From Thecamonas trahens ATCC 50062 (Eukaryota; Protista; Apusomonadida), in contig NW_013657639.1 in NCBI RefSeq assembly GCF_000142905.1, positions 57,246 through 121,245 on the forward strand: a stretch of 64,000 nucleotides of DNA. The letters are read 5' to 3'. Shown one piece after another: positions 13,229 through 25,138 of this stretch (the first letter of the stretch is position 1; every line of letters begins with the position of its first letter). The notes beneath the pieces were generated by a model. The model was not told the origin of the DNA and ran no database searches. It worked only from the letters and a program-made list of their open reading frames with translations. The translations under genes were made by a program, and so were the position numbers.

Positions 13229-15262
13229 ATGCTGCGCACAAGCTTGTCTGCGGGAGCGGCACGGGTGCGTGGGTTGCTACGTCCATGGGTGGCGGGGAGG
13301 AGGAGCTCGCGGCGCGTCACGGGCTGGCGGAGCGAGCAAGGGACAGGGCTGGGGATGGGGATGGGGATGGGGCCAGGCGTGGGAGCAGGCATGGGCATGG
13401 GGGAAGCCATGACTCCCGGCGGCATGGGTGGTGGTATGCACCAGGTCAGGAACCGGAGCAGTGGCCCGGAAGAGGCCGAGGACGGTGGCGAGGGCCATGG
13501 AAGGTGGGCCAGTGGCGAGGGATCGAGTCCGGGCTCGGCCGGTGACACTTTGGCGGCGAATGGCAAGGTCTCGCCGCTCAGTGACGAATGTGCGGTGACT
13601 GGGAAGGTTGTGCCCGATGATCACAACCTCTCGCCCACCATGCTCTATCGTAGGCTCATCCGCCTCACCGGACAGCTCAACTTGCAACTGAAGAGAACCG
13701 GCTCGGCGTGGTCGGTCGACAACGAGGTTGCCCTGTTCCTGGCCAAGTTTGAAGGCCCGCCCGACGCACCACGAGCGCCCGAGCCTGATCAAGAGGCCTC
13801 GCCACGGCCTGAAAGCGCTGCAGAGGCTGCAAGCGAGGGCGTCGAGACTGAGGCCGATGCCTCTGGTCTGCGGCACGCAGGGGTGGCTGAGCGCAAGGCG
13901 GTCGAGTCGCTCTTCCAGTCGTCGCTGGCGGCGATGGGCGAGTCACGCGAGGCCGAGGCGCCGCCAGGCGAGATGGCGCGATACGAGGCGTGGGCGCCGT
14001 CCGGGACGGCGGCCGCGATTGCCGGTGAAGCCACTCAGCTGGAGGAGGTGGCGGACGCCGAGGCCGAGGCCGAGGCACTGGCGCTTGCTGAGCGGCCGCG
14101 CTGGGTGCTGCCGGCCGACGGAGCGCGCGAGGTGGCGCGCGGCATTGTGCGGTCGGGCTTTCACAATCCACCGCTCGCGTCGTACGTCTCGTCGTACGGG
14201 CTCGGCCTCGCGGTGGCTAAGTACCTGGAAAAGCGCGTCCGCGCGCTGCGGATGCTCAAGACCAACACCTCGCTGCTGCAGGTCCGCAACGGAGTGTGTG
14301 TGGCCATGCGTTCGGCGCATACCCCGTCGAACCACCCGGGTACCTTTGTGTGCTCAGTCGAGGTCTCGGTCGATCCTGAGGCGGGCGTCGGGCCAGTCAC
14401 CGTGCTCGATGAGACGATCAACTTGCGCGAGGCAAACGGGCTTCACCACCGCAAGTCAACGGTAGGCATTGCCGGCCAGCAGCCGACGCTCTGTGCCGGC
14501 GAGTCGTTCTCGTACTCGATTGTGCTGCACCTCGACGCGCCGCCTGCCGTCCTCCGCGGCTACCTGCGAGTCATGCAGACGTCTGGGCCCGACTTTAAGC
14601 TCCCGCTGGGGCCCATCGGCCTCGTCCCGCTGGCGGACGACCTGTACGACGATCTCCTGCCGCCGGCACAGTGCGAGGACACCCACTCGGAGGCGCCGAC
14701 CCACTGGGTCGGCCCGCACCTCTCGGACGAAGACGTCATCCCCATCCTCCGCGCCAATCACTCGGCGGCCGAGTATGCGTACGTCACGCCCATGGCCTCC
14801 CTCCTCACGCCGGGCGCGCTCGGCTCGATGGTCTCGGATCCCGAGACCGAGCTGTGGAACGAGCTCTCAGCGATGGAGGACGACGATGACGCCCGGCAGG
14901 AGCGCCGACTCTCGCGTGCCTTTGGCTACGGCATCGGTGACGACGATGCCGACGACGACGCCGTTGACGAACCGCGGTCGACGCTCCCGCACGGCCTCGA
15001 CCTCGCCTTTGATGACTACACGCCCATGGACGACGATGACGACGACGACCACGATCCGGCCGAGCTTCAGCGCCTCATCTCGGTTCTCAAGGCTGCCAAC
15101 AAGGTCGACAGCCACGATGACGATGCCCGGTCCGGCGAATCGACTCCGCGCACCGTCATATACCCCTCGCCGGTCACCGAGCGTGCCCGCCGCGCCGCTG
15201 CCGCCGCCAAGGACGGCCGCAAGCGCCGTCTGGAGCTCGTCATGCCGCCGACTTTGTATTAA
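13229..15262 (+). CDS. ApaG (DUF525) domain protein, probably mitochondrial, with LYR-like motif
   Basis: ATG 13229 gives an Arg-rich presequence (MLRTSLSAGAARVRGLLR). LYRRLIRL motif. ApaG signature NGVCVAM...VGIAGQQPTLCAGESFSYS...L.AP...LRGYL...F.LPLGP. Acidic tail. Confidence 0.75.
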   Translation: MLRTSLSAGAARVRGLLRPWVAGRRSSRRVTGWRSEQGTGLGMGMGMGPGVGAGMGMGEAMTPGGMGGGMHQVRNRSSGPEEAEDGGEGHGRWASGEGSSPGSAGDTLAANGKVSPLSDECAVTGKVVPDDHNLSPTMLYRRLIRLTGQLNLQLKRTGSAWSVDNEVALFLAKFEGPPDAPRAPEPDQEASPRPESAAEAASEGVETEADASGLRHAGVAERKAVESLFQSSLAAMGESREAEAPPGEMARYEAWAPSGTAAAIAGEATQLEEVADAEAEAEALALAERPRWVLPADGAREVARGIVRSGFHNPPLASYVSSYGLGLAVAKYLEKRVRALRMLKTNTSLLQVRNGVCVAMRSAHTPSNHPGTFVCSVEVSVDPEAGVGPVTVLDETINLREANGLHHRKSTVGIAGQQPTLCAGESFSYSIVLHLDAPPAVLRGYLRVMQTSGPDFKLPLGPIGLVPLADDLYDDLLPPAQCEDTHSEAPTHWVGPHLSDEDVIPILRANHSAAEYAYVTPMASLLTPGALGSMVSDPETELWNELSAMEDDDDARQERRLSRAFGYGIGDDDADDDAVDEPRSTLPHGLDLAFDDYTPMDDDDDDDHDPAELQRLISVLKAANKVDSHDDDARSGESTPRTVIYPSPVTERARRAAAAAKDGRKRRLELVMPPTLY

Positions 15263-15697
15263 TCTCATAACCTTAACGCACCGAGCACTGGGCACCTTGT
15301 CGGGTGCCACACTGCGGACTCGACGCGATGCAGACACATGCTGACCGTTCGCTGCGCGATGCGCGGCGCGGCGCGGTGCGGCGCGGCGCGGCACCGAAGA
15401 TGCGGCTTTGAAGCGTGCGCAGCGCTTGCAGGTCACAACGCGCGAGACATAGACGCCGACCTGGGGGGCATGGGCAGGCGCGGGCGTCGTTGCACGGCTC
15501 GTCGATCGACGATGAGCGGCGCGAGCTCAGCTGGGTGAGCGTGCGGAGGAGGGAAAGCCAGAGAGATTGTGTTTACGAAAGTGAACCGTGTGCGTTCAAG
15601 GAATAGCCCTGATGGCCGGCTGCAGGAAGGAGCAAGGGGGGGGAGGAGGGCCAGCCGATGGCTGGCACAGCTCACTCGACAGCTATTGATCCACACC

Positions 15698-16594
15698 ATG
15701 TCGAGCACCACAGCGAGCAGGAGCCAGTACGGACGCATGCGAAATGGTATAGGGATGAGAAGAGGAGGGGTTAGGGTACATACACTCACGTGCTTGGGTA
15801 CAGACTTTCGTCCATCTGCGTTTACTGTGGCTCGTCTCCGGGCAAGTCGCCGGTCTTCATGGCCGCTGCCGCTGAGCTCGGCCGCGTCCTCGCCGGGCGC
15901 AACATCGGTCTGGTCTATGGCGGCGGATCGGTGGTACGGAAGGGGGTTGGGGGTTGGGATGGGGGTTGGGGGGGGGGGGCATGATGACCGATGGCGGCAA
16001 CTCGGACTGGCCAGATTTCGTGAGGCGGTCTGCTTGCGATGAGCTTGGGCTTGCCTTGCCGATGACCCCTGATGTGCGACTCACTCGAGCTGACTGGCTG
16101 GCTGGCCGGCGTTGCAGGGACTGATGGGCGAGCTGGCCAAGACCATCGACTCGGAGGGCGGCAAGGTGGTTGGCGTCATTCCGCGGGCGCTGGCTCCGCG
16201 TGAGGTCTCGGGCGCCACGATCGGCGAGTCGATCGTGGTCGACACCATGCACGAGCGGAAGACAACCATGGCGGCACGTGCAGACGGGTTCATCGCCCTG
16301 CCCGGCGGCTTTGGCACCCTCGAGGAGCTGCTGGAGATCTCAACCTGGGTCCAGCTCGGCATCCAGAAGAAGCCCATCGGCGTCCTCAACATTCCGCTCG
16401 ACGACGGCTCGGGCGAGGGCTACTACGACCCACTCAAGGCCATGATCGATCGGGCCATCACCCACGGCTTTATCTCGGAGGACTTTGCAGAGCTGGTCAT
16501 CTTCCGCTCCGACCCCGCAGAGCTCGTCGACGCACTGCAGGCCCACGCCGTGCCCGACGGCCTCGACCTCAACTGGAGCCTCGCCGAGTCGTAG
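15698..16594 (+). CDS. LOG: LOG-family nucleotide phosphoribohydrolase (LOG/lysine-decarboxylase-like); exons 15698-15726, 15804-15933, 16118-16594
   Basis: Spliced product MSSTTASRSQLSSICVYCGSSPG...LVYGGGSVGLMG...MHERK...FIALPGGFGTLEE. Both introns are GTACGG...CAG with matching phases. Confidence 0.9.
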
Positions 16595-16599
16595 AGGGC

Positions 16600-19178
16600 T
16601 CAGTAAAACCGCGTCTGGCCATCGTCCAGGACTCGATCGACAACCGCTCGGCCGACCCCGCGCCGCACACGCTGCAGCTCCTTGGCCTCGCGCGAGCCTT
16701 TGAACGGCGACTCTGTCTGCATCATTGCCGTCAGGTGGTGCCGATCGTGGAGCTTGCGGAGGTTGCGCGAGACACGCATGTACGCCTCCTTGGTCATCGA
16801 GTCGGCCACGGCCTCCAGCAGCGCCTCGTACACCGGGCCGCCCGAGACCTCGCATAGCCGCGCGTAGTGTGCATCGGCCGCCGCCGACGAGCCCATCTGC
16901 TGAGCCACCACCGCAGACCAGAACGAAGCCTTTGCGTGTCGCGGAGCCTTGCTCAGGATGGTGCCGAATGCCTGTAGCGCCTCCTCGAACTTGCCGTCCA
17001 TGTACGCGTCCTGCCCGCTCGCCAGCCCAATGCCAATCGTCACGCCCTCTACCAGCCGCGCCCACTCTTCGAGCTCGGTCTTGAGCGCCCGCTTCGCCAG
17101 CCGCTCCAGCGCCGCAGCCGCTCGCGCCGCCACAAACGCCCACTCGCCGGTCTGGGCCACGACGAGGACCGAGTCTGTGCCACTCAGCTTCCGCGCGTGT
17201 GCCACTATTACCTCCACCGCTTCTGTCTCGGGATGCAGCGGCAGCTCTGCATCAACGACGTCGCCGTGGACCCGTGCCAGCCACACCGTCTCCAGCACGT
17301 CGAGGAGCGCGATGACGGGCTCGGGCTCAAACGGTGCTGCTGCGTGCGCCTGTGCCGCCGCTACGTGCGCCTCCACGGTGGCATCAATGCTCAGAGCGGT
17401 CTGCGAGAGAGGACGAGGATGCCCACGTCGTCGCCGCCGATCTCCAGTCCGCGCCGCAGGTGGCCGAGTGCGGCCTGCGGCTTGCCGGCAGTACGTGCAG
17501 CGTGCGCCGCCGCCACCTCGCGTCCCACATGCGCCGCCACCACCCGTTCACGGAGCAGCTCCAGATCAGCGCTCCCAACTACAGTCTCGACCTCCAGCGC
17601 ACCATCGACCACCGCTAGAGCGGATTCGGCGTTCACCGTCGGGGCAACCAACGCAGGCTCGTCGTCAAGCACAAACCGCGCCAGCGATCCCGCATGCGGC
17701 GTCATTCGCCGATTCAGAACCTCGCGTCGCAGTAGGGCGACGACACGCGGCGCTGCGTCGGCCGCCGAAGATGCCCGCAGATTCACCAGCAGCTCGTTGA
17801 CAACCTTTCCGTCGGTGCCCCGAGCGAGCTTGTCTGCGTATTCGAGTCGCTCGCGCCCAGCCTCCACATCACCCATCTCGGTGTACGCAGTGCCCAGCAG
17901 CCGATACAGGCCGGCAGATCGTGGATACGCCGCCGCCAACCGACCTAGTGGCGCCAAAGCATCGGCAGGAGCATGCGCAGCCAGCGCGCCAAGCGCCTCA
18001 GATGCCTCGATCTCCTCCTCGGCGCTCAGCCCGTCGTCGCCAAGGCCCTCGGCCTCGATGAGCGCATGGATGCTCCGCGCCTTGTCCAGCGCGTCGGCTT
18101 CCGCCTCGGCATTGGCCGCTGCGGCCGCCACGGCTGCATCGCCGGCCGCCACGGCTGCCTCTTCGACCGCACGTGCTGCTGCCGCCTCAGCTGACGGCCC
18201 CGCGCTCCTCGCCGACTGCTGCGGTGAGTGCCGCGACGCAGACTCGCTGCCGGCATCAGACGAGCAATCGTCGTGAGCCTGTTTTTCCTGCATGTCGATG
18301 TGCATGAGCGAGACCTGATACTTGCTGGCCTCGTCCGGATAGAGCTCGACCGCAACCTCGATGAGCGCGCGAGCATCTGTAAACCGCCCCATCTCCACAT
18401 ACGCCCACAGCGCCCGCTTGATGCCTTTGAGCGGCGAGAACTTGTACTGCATCGCTGCACGCAGCAGCGCCTCCGCCAGCGGCGGCACGGCCTCGGGCGA
18501 TGCCTTGGACTTGGCGTGGACTGCTAGCGCGAGCAGGTACGGCGCCGGGTGCGACGGATCGCAGCGTATGCTCGCCTCTAAGCCCTCGAGCACCACGCGC
18601 TCGTCCTCTCCGGCCATCCAGTTGAAGACGGCCAAGACAAAGGTGGCTTCAAACTCGCGGTCTGGCGCGAGGTAGTCGACCAGCGCATCGTACGCTTGCT
18701 GCGCGACGGCCACATCGCCCTGAGCGTAGGCCCGGCGACCCGCCATCCGCAGCTCTCGTGTGCGCGCATCCTCATCCATCACAGCATCCCGGAACTGGAT
18801 CTGGACCTCGCCCATGGCTGTCTCCCGCACCGCAATGCCGTGCGATCCGCCCGGCAGCGACTTGACCGATCGCTCCGACGGCGTGGGTGCCAGCCACCTC
18901 GACTCATCCTCGTCGCCATCGCCGTCGCCGTCATCGCCAGCGTCTCCGCTGCTGCCACTTCTGCCAGCCCTCTCCTCTGACTGCCGCATTCCGTCATCCG
19001 CCGCCCCGGCTGACGAGCACAGCTCATCGTCGTCGTCTCCCGCCAGACTGCCTCGCCCCTCACCTGAGTCGCCGCCTCCACCTCGGCCTCGGCCTCTGAC
19101 TCCTTCCTCGCTCGACCTGGCCGAGCGGGGCGTGGGAGGAAGTGGGCCCGGTGGTGGCTTGGAAGACCCGCATCCCAT
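16600..19178 (-). CDS. N-acylated TPR-repeat protein (one gene across a frame break at ~17405-17412)
   Basis: ATG 19178 gives MGCGSSK (myristoylation/palmitoylation pattern). TPR-like helices occur in both ORF 17391-19421 and ORF 16600-17376. The downstream frame continues as LSQTALSIDATVEAH from the point where the upstream frame degrades. Confidence 0.7.
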
Positions 19179-19467
19179 GTGTCGGTGGCCGGTGGGGGTG
19201 AGGTGGGTGGGGGTAGATAGGAGGGGGGGGGGGGGGGAACTGTGGAAGTCGAGGTGAAGTCGCAGCGGGTGGAGCCATACACACACGCAACAGCACTCGC
19301 TTGCACACACACACACACACTCGCACACACACTCGTACACACACAGACACACACACACGTCTTCAGTCCTCACTATCCCATCGCACACGATGATACGACA
19401 CACCACACTGTTATCAGGCAAACCATGGTCGTGGCAAGCGGGATCATCATCAGCAGCATCACCATCA

Positions 19468-22400
19468 TCATGTCCAGTCGCGAGTTGGGACGTGATGGCG
19501 AGGCTGCGGCGTGACGTGGGCTTGAGTGACGTGCACGGAGCGCTGGCGGCTCATGTGGAGCTGGAGCTGGGAGAGCTGCTCCTCGGCCATGGTGGCGCGG
19601 GCGAGGAGGCGCGAGCGCTCGGTCTCGAGGCGCGACTGCGTCTTGAGGATAAAGTCCTTGAGAGCACGGCGGAGCTCTTCAAAGTCTCCACCGGTAGACT
19701 GCTGGATGACGGTCATGTGCTCGGTGGCGCGGGCCGAGGCGAGCCGCGCGGCGGAGCGGAGCTCCTCGACCTCGCGGCGAAGAGCGACAAGCTCCTCCTT
19801 CTCCGACGCGGTCACTGTGGTTTGCAGCGACTCAATTTGGGAGCGTAGCGCGTCGTGGACGTCTTCAAGGGCCAGGCCCGAGCCACCCGAGGCCTCGACG
19901 GTCGACTTGAAGATGCGGAGCGCCTCAAGCTCGTTAGCAACGGCAGCGTTGCGGGCCTGCAGCTCGAGCACGGTCTGCTGGTGCTTCTCGAGCGCGCTGA
20001 GGTTCGACTCGGCCTGGCGAGCAAGCGCGTCCTCGGCGTTGGCGGCCTTGGCCTCGGCGGCGGCGAGCGCGATCTCCAGATCACGCTCGACTTCAGTCTT
20101 AAGGTCGGTTGCGCCAACCGAGTCCTCGAGCTCCGTGATTGACGGCGCTGCGACGGCCTTGACACCCTCATCTTCGAGCTGGCCACGGAGCTTGGCGTAC
20201 GCCGAGAGGACAAGTGACTGGCGGGCAACAAGCTCGCGGTTGCGCGAGCGAAGGCGATCGACGGCGGCCCTGAGCTCGGCCTCTTTCTCGGCGTACGACT
20301 CAGTGAGCTCGCGGACGAGCGCGTCGAGGTTTTGCTGGGCGTGGAGATTGGCGTTGGCGAGGGCGGCGGCGCGATCCGAGTTGACGTCGTCGCCCGAGTC
20401 AGAGTCCGAGTCGCGCGAGCGCGAGCGGCGGTGGCGAGACTTGCGGTCGTGGCGCGACTTGTGCGAGCGTGACTTGTGCGAGCGGTGCGAGGTCTTCGCC
20501 GCCGCAAGATCATCGGCCTTTCCCATGGTCCGCGAGAGGCTGGAAATTTCCGACATGTACGCGCGGAGCTTGTTGCGGTACTTGTCCTGGGCCTTGGCAA
20601 GCTCGGCCTCCTTTGCGTTGAGCTCGTACTCGACCTTTTTGGTCTCGTGCTTGGCGCGCGCGAGCTGCTCCTCGGCGTCGCGGGCGGCACGATTGGCGCG
20701 GTTGAGGTCACGGTTGAGCAAATGGTTCTGCTCCTCCAGCCGGGCCACGTCTGCGGCATGCTTCTTCTTGGACGCCTCGAACTGGCGCTTGAGCGAGGCC
20801 ACGTCGTCAGCCTTGGACTTTTCCACCTCGACCATCTTGCGCTGGACGCCGACCTTTTGCGACTCGAGATCGAGAACCTCTTGCTCGAGCGCAACCTGCT
20901 GCTTGAGGAGCTCGGCCTTGAGGACGGCCGACTGCTCGCGGAGGTCGCGGACCTCGGCCTCGATCCGGTTGCGCTCGTCTTTTTGCGCCTGGAGCATGGC
21001 GTCAGCGTCGCCCTGCATGTTGAGGAGCTCGGCGACTCGCTTCTCGAGGCTCGTCTTGTCCGACTCGAGCGATCTCTTGGCATTGACCAGGTTGAGCAGC
21101 TCGAGGCCGAGCTCCTGGTTCTTGGCGGTCTCGGCGGCGTGGGCTGCCTTGGCGTTCATAAAGTTGGTCTTGAGCGCCACGTACTCGACCTGCAGCTCGC
21201 GAGCCTCGTCGCCGGCCGACTCGAGCGCGTCGCGCATGTCCGCGATGAGCTGCTCCTGTGTCTGGTGGCGCATCTCGGCCTCCATGAGGTCGTTCTCGAG
21301 CGAAAGCACCTTGTTGACCAGCTCAAAGTTCTTGGTCTCACCGTCCTCCTCCAGTGAGTTGTTCTCGATCTGCAAGTCGATGAGCGCTTTGGCCACACGC
21401 AGCCGCTCCTCCTCGGACGAAATGAGCTCGGCCTGGATCGAGGCCTTGGACTCAACGAGTTTCTCGTACTGGCCCTTAAGTTCAGTGAGCTTGGTCAGGA
21501 TCTTGTCCTTGTCCTCACGCAGCTTGATCTTCTCGAGATTGTCCTTGATGATTCGGCCTTCCAGCTGATGGATCTTCATAAGGTGCTTCTCGGTCACCGA
21601 GCCCGAGTCGCCGTCGCCGCCGCTACTGGGCATGGCGCCGGGCGCGCCACCGCCACCGCTCACGCCGTCGCGCGCACGCAGGTACTCAAGCCGCGCCCGC
21701 CGGAGGAGGGTACGGACGCGGGCGTCGTTAACAACCGGATAGTTTTCAACCGATGAGAGCGTGTCGGCCCACGAAAGCGTCGTCGCCGCCCGGGTGTAGT
21801 CTGTCGTCGCCAGAGTGGCGATAACAAGCGTGAGGCAGTTGCCGCCGAGCACGTCGTACATCAGCTGCGTCGCCTTGGACTCGGAGTAGTTGGCAAAGTC
21901 GCGGGTGCCCTCATCAGCAAGCGAGGTGGCGAGCCGCGCAAACGAGAGCAGCGCCCGGTTGAGCGTCGGGCCCTCGCGGACACGCAGCGCTGCAGGATCC
22001 TCACTCAGCTTCTCGGCCGCCGGAAGCTCGACCACGTGGAACGTTGACAGCAGTTCCACCGCCTCGCCATCAAGAACTAGGCTTTGAGTCAGCTCGATGG
22101 TGAAGATGCCTGTGGCGCGGAGCGCTGCCGGCCCCACATCGGTCTCCATGTTGACTCGTGACGCCCGACCCTCATCGTAGAGGTCTGCCAGGTCATCAGG
22201 CCCATCCACCCACCTCCCAGAGAGGCCCGACACGTGCCAACCACGCTCCTCGGACAGCGCAATCTCCAGCGACGCGTTGCCCGGGTCAAGCAGATCGTTG
22301 ACCTCTTCGTTGTACACCTCGAGATACCGCCCGCGGACCCGGTACCGGTACGGCCGCGCTGATGCGCTCTTCTTCGAGCCTTTGTTCACCTTGCGCTCCT

Positions 22401-23462
22401 TCTCGCGGAGCAAGTCAAAGGCGGCGTCGATGACCAGCGCCACGGCACCCTTCTCCGACCCATCACGCGGGCCGGCAAGGGTGTGCGAGCGGCCCGATCC
22501 CGACGCGCCGAGCGCCAGGATGGCCACGTTGACGCCCTCAACAAAGTTGGCCACTGTCGGATAAAGCGATCGCTCAAACACGTCACGCGTCGTCGCATCC
22601 GGGCCGTAGACATAGTCCAATGTGTGCTGCGAGCTGAGAGTGAAGCACCGTTGAACAGGAAAGGGAAGGGTGAGTGACGCCGACCGGCAGAGAAGATGGG
22701 GAGCAAAAGGGGAAGGGGAAGGAGAAGAGTAAGGCGGGAGGGGAGGGGGGAGGGGAGGGGAGGGGAGGGGGGAGGGGAGGGGAGGGGGAGAACGAGGAGG
22801 AAGGGCGGACAATGGGCGAGGTCCAGAAGAAGGCCGTGCCGATCAGGCCTGGTAGCGGTGATCGGGGGCGAATGATCAAGCCGGCAACGGGGAGAAGGGC
22901 GGGGGGCCGAGGAATTAANNNNNNNNNNNNNNNNNNNNNNNNNNNNNNNNNNNNNNNNNNNNNNNNNNNNNNNNNNNNNNNNNNNNNNNNNNNNNNNNNN
23001 NNNNNNNNNNNNNNNNNNNNNNNNNNNNNNNNNNNNNNNNNNNNNNNNNNNNNNNNNNNNNNNNNNNNNNNNNNNNNNNNNNNNNNNNNNNNNNNNNNNN
23101 NNNNNNNNNNNNNNNNNNNNNNNNNNNNNNNNNNNNNNNNNNNNNNNNNNNNNNNNNNNNNNNNNNNNNNNNNNNNNNNNNNNNNNNNNNNNNNNNNNNN
23201 NNNNNNNNNNNNNNNNNNNNNNNNNNNNNNNNNNNNNNNNNNNNNNNNNNNNNNNNNNNNNNNNNNNNNNNNNNNNNNNNNNNNNNNNNNNNNNNNNNNN
23301 NNNNNNNNNNNTTGGTGTATTCAACGAGGGGCGGGAGTCATGCTCGAGGGTCACCTTGTTGTTGTTAATGAGCACACCAAAGGTGGTATTGAGCTCGCCC
23401 GGGGGTGTCGGCTGGATGCGGGCTACCACATTGAGTGGCACGCCGCGGTGGGTCGACGACAT
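19468..23462 (-). CDS. Degenerate kinesin motor fused to CCDC78-like (DUF4472) coiled coil; 5' exon structure spans an N gap
   Basis: Kinesin motifs LDYVYG, YLEVYNEEVNDLL, LNRALLSF, NYSESKATQLMYDVLGGNCLT. CCDC78-like RLRVAKALIDLQIENN and FILKTQSRLETERSRLLARATMAEEQLSQL. Probable first exon MSSTHRGVPLNVVARIQP starts at 23462; the main exon begins ~22633. Confidence 0.8.
22919..23310. other. Assembly gap (392 N)
   Basis: Run of N. Confidence 1.
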
Positions 23463-23530
23463 GGGCCCAAGAGAGGTTGCTTTCGTTTCAGACGTTCGGT
23501 CGTTTGGTTGTTCGCCTGGGCCGAACGGCG

Positions 23531-24790
23531 TCACGAGATGCAGCAGGCCTTGCGATGGCGAGGGCTGCGGTTTGGCGGCGAACGATCGAGATGGCAGCAG
23601 GCAGCGCGGAGGAGATCAACGGTCTCGGTGTGGCCGCCTTCAATGGCCGAGGCGAGTGCTTCGTTGGAGTCGGCGGTGGGGTCGACGGCTGGGTGGGCGA
23701 GGAGTGAACGGACGACGTCGGCGCAGCCATAGCGGGCGGCCCAGCGAATGGGATAGTTAGAGTCGACGGCCGGATCGACTGCAGGATGAGCGAGGAGCAA
23801 GTCGACGACTGCGGCAAAGCCACGCCCAGCCGCCTGGCGGATCGGCTCGTTGTTGCGCGCCGAAGGATCGACTCGGGCATCGGCCAGCAGCGCCTGGACG
23901 ACTTGCGGATGATCGTTGCTCGCCGCCCAGCAGATGGCGCGCTGGTTGTTGTCACCCGGTTCAACGCTGGGATGAGCAAGGAGGAGTGCCACCACGTCGG
24001 CGTGCCCGTTGGCGGAGCTCATAGCAATGGCATCGTTGCCGCACGCGCCAGCATCGACAGCCCCGGTGGCGAGCAGCGCAGCCACGACTGCGGTCGATCC
24101 ACCAGCGGAGGCCTTGCGAAGCGCCTCGCTCTCGGCGGCGGCTGGATCAATGTCAGGATGGCCAAGAAGAGCGGCGACCACATCGGCATGGCCAGCGCGA
24201 CATGCAGCCCGGAGAGCAAGGCTGTTGTCGGTGGCGACGGCGACGCCGTCGTTCATCAGCACCGCAACTAGACGAGCGAGACCCTCGCACGCGCCCATCA
24301 AGAGCATGGTTGTCTTCTCCTCCTCACTTGCAAGCTCCACCAGCTCAATCGCGAGCTCCTCCAGACCTAATGCAGCGGATACGGAGGCGATGCCAGCCAG
24401 TCGAGGCGAGCCGATCCACGCCAGACCGCCGACTCGCTCGCCGGTTTGTACCTCCACCACAGCAGGCAGCGAGGCAAGGACGTCGACAAGACGGCGCCAA
24501 GACGGATTGATACACTCTGCCGCCGACGCTACCTGGACCAAGTCTGCAAGCGTGAGCGCGGCGACAACGCGAGCATCCAGCGCCCGTGCCGCCGCCGCCC
24601 ACAGGCCACGTGTGCAGCATGCGGCAAAGCCCAACAGAGCCTGGGCCCGCAACTTGCCGTACTCGCTGCCAAGGAGCGCAGCGTGGACGTACTGGCACGA
24701 CAGTGAGAGCGCAAGAACGTCGCGGGCGTCCAGGGCCGTGCACTCGAACACAATGAGGTGAAGGAGCTCGGGGGCGAGCGCGTCAAGCAT
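23531..24790 (-). CDS. F-box-like N-terminus + ankyrin-repeat protein
   Basis: ATG 24790 gives MLDALAPELLHLIVFECTALDARDVLALSLSCQYVH (F-box pattern). About seven ankyrin repeats follow (e.g. ALRAACRAGHADVVAALL, PIRWAARYGCADVVRSLL). Confidence 0.85.
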   Translation of the reverse strand: MLDALAPELLHLIVFECTALDARDVLALSLSCQYVHAALLGSEYGKLRAQALLGFAACCTRGLWAAAARALDARVVAALTLADLVQVASAAECINPSWRRLVDVLASLPAVVEVQTGERVGGLAWIGSPRLAGIASVSAALGLEELAIELVELASEEEKTTMLLMGACEGLARLVAVLMNDGVAVATDNSLALRAACRAGHADVVAALLGHPDIDPAAAESEALRKASAGGSTAVVAALLATGAVDAGACGNDAIAMSSANGHADVVALLLAHPSVEPGDNNQRAICWAASNDHPQVVQALLADARVDPSARNNEPIRQAAGRGFAAVVDLLLAHPAVDPAVDSNYPIRWAARYGCADVVRSLLAHPAVDPTADSNEALASAIEGGHTETVDLLRAACCHLDRSPPNRSPRHRKACCIS

Positions 24791-25138
24791 GGCTCGAGTT
24801 GGCGATGAGATGAGTGTGTCCCGGTGCCGGTGTTGACGATCGCGAGAAGTTGCGATAGGGAAGGGATGGAAGGGGATTGAGGGAGGGGGAGGCAATAGGA
24901 AGACGTAGTGGGAAGGGGATGGGGGGGCGAGGGGGGGATGGGGGAGATGAGGGGAGGGAAGGGCAAGGGTTCTGAACGGGAGAAGGGTTGAGGTAAGGGG
25001 GCTGGGTGAGGGACACAAAAATTTGTCAGCATGACCACGTGCTAGCAACAAGGCCTTCAGGGGAACGGCCACAACAAAGCCGAAGCTGGCAGGACGGGAG
25101 GACGGGGGGGAGCGGGCGGTGAGGCGGTGGAAGCAGGC

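Noticed and set aside
19526-21568. 680-aa antisense ORF and similar overlapping ORFs
   Set aside because: Expected from high GC3 codon bias opposite real genes; no domain signal.
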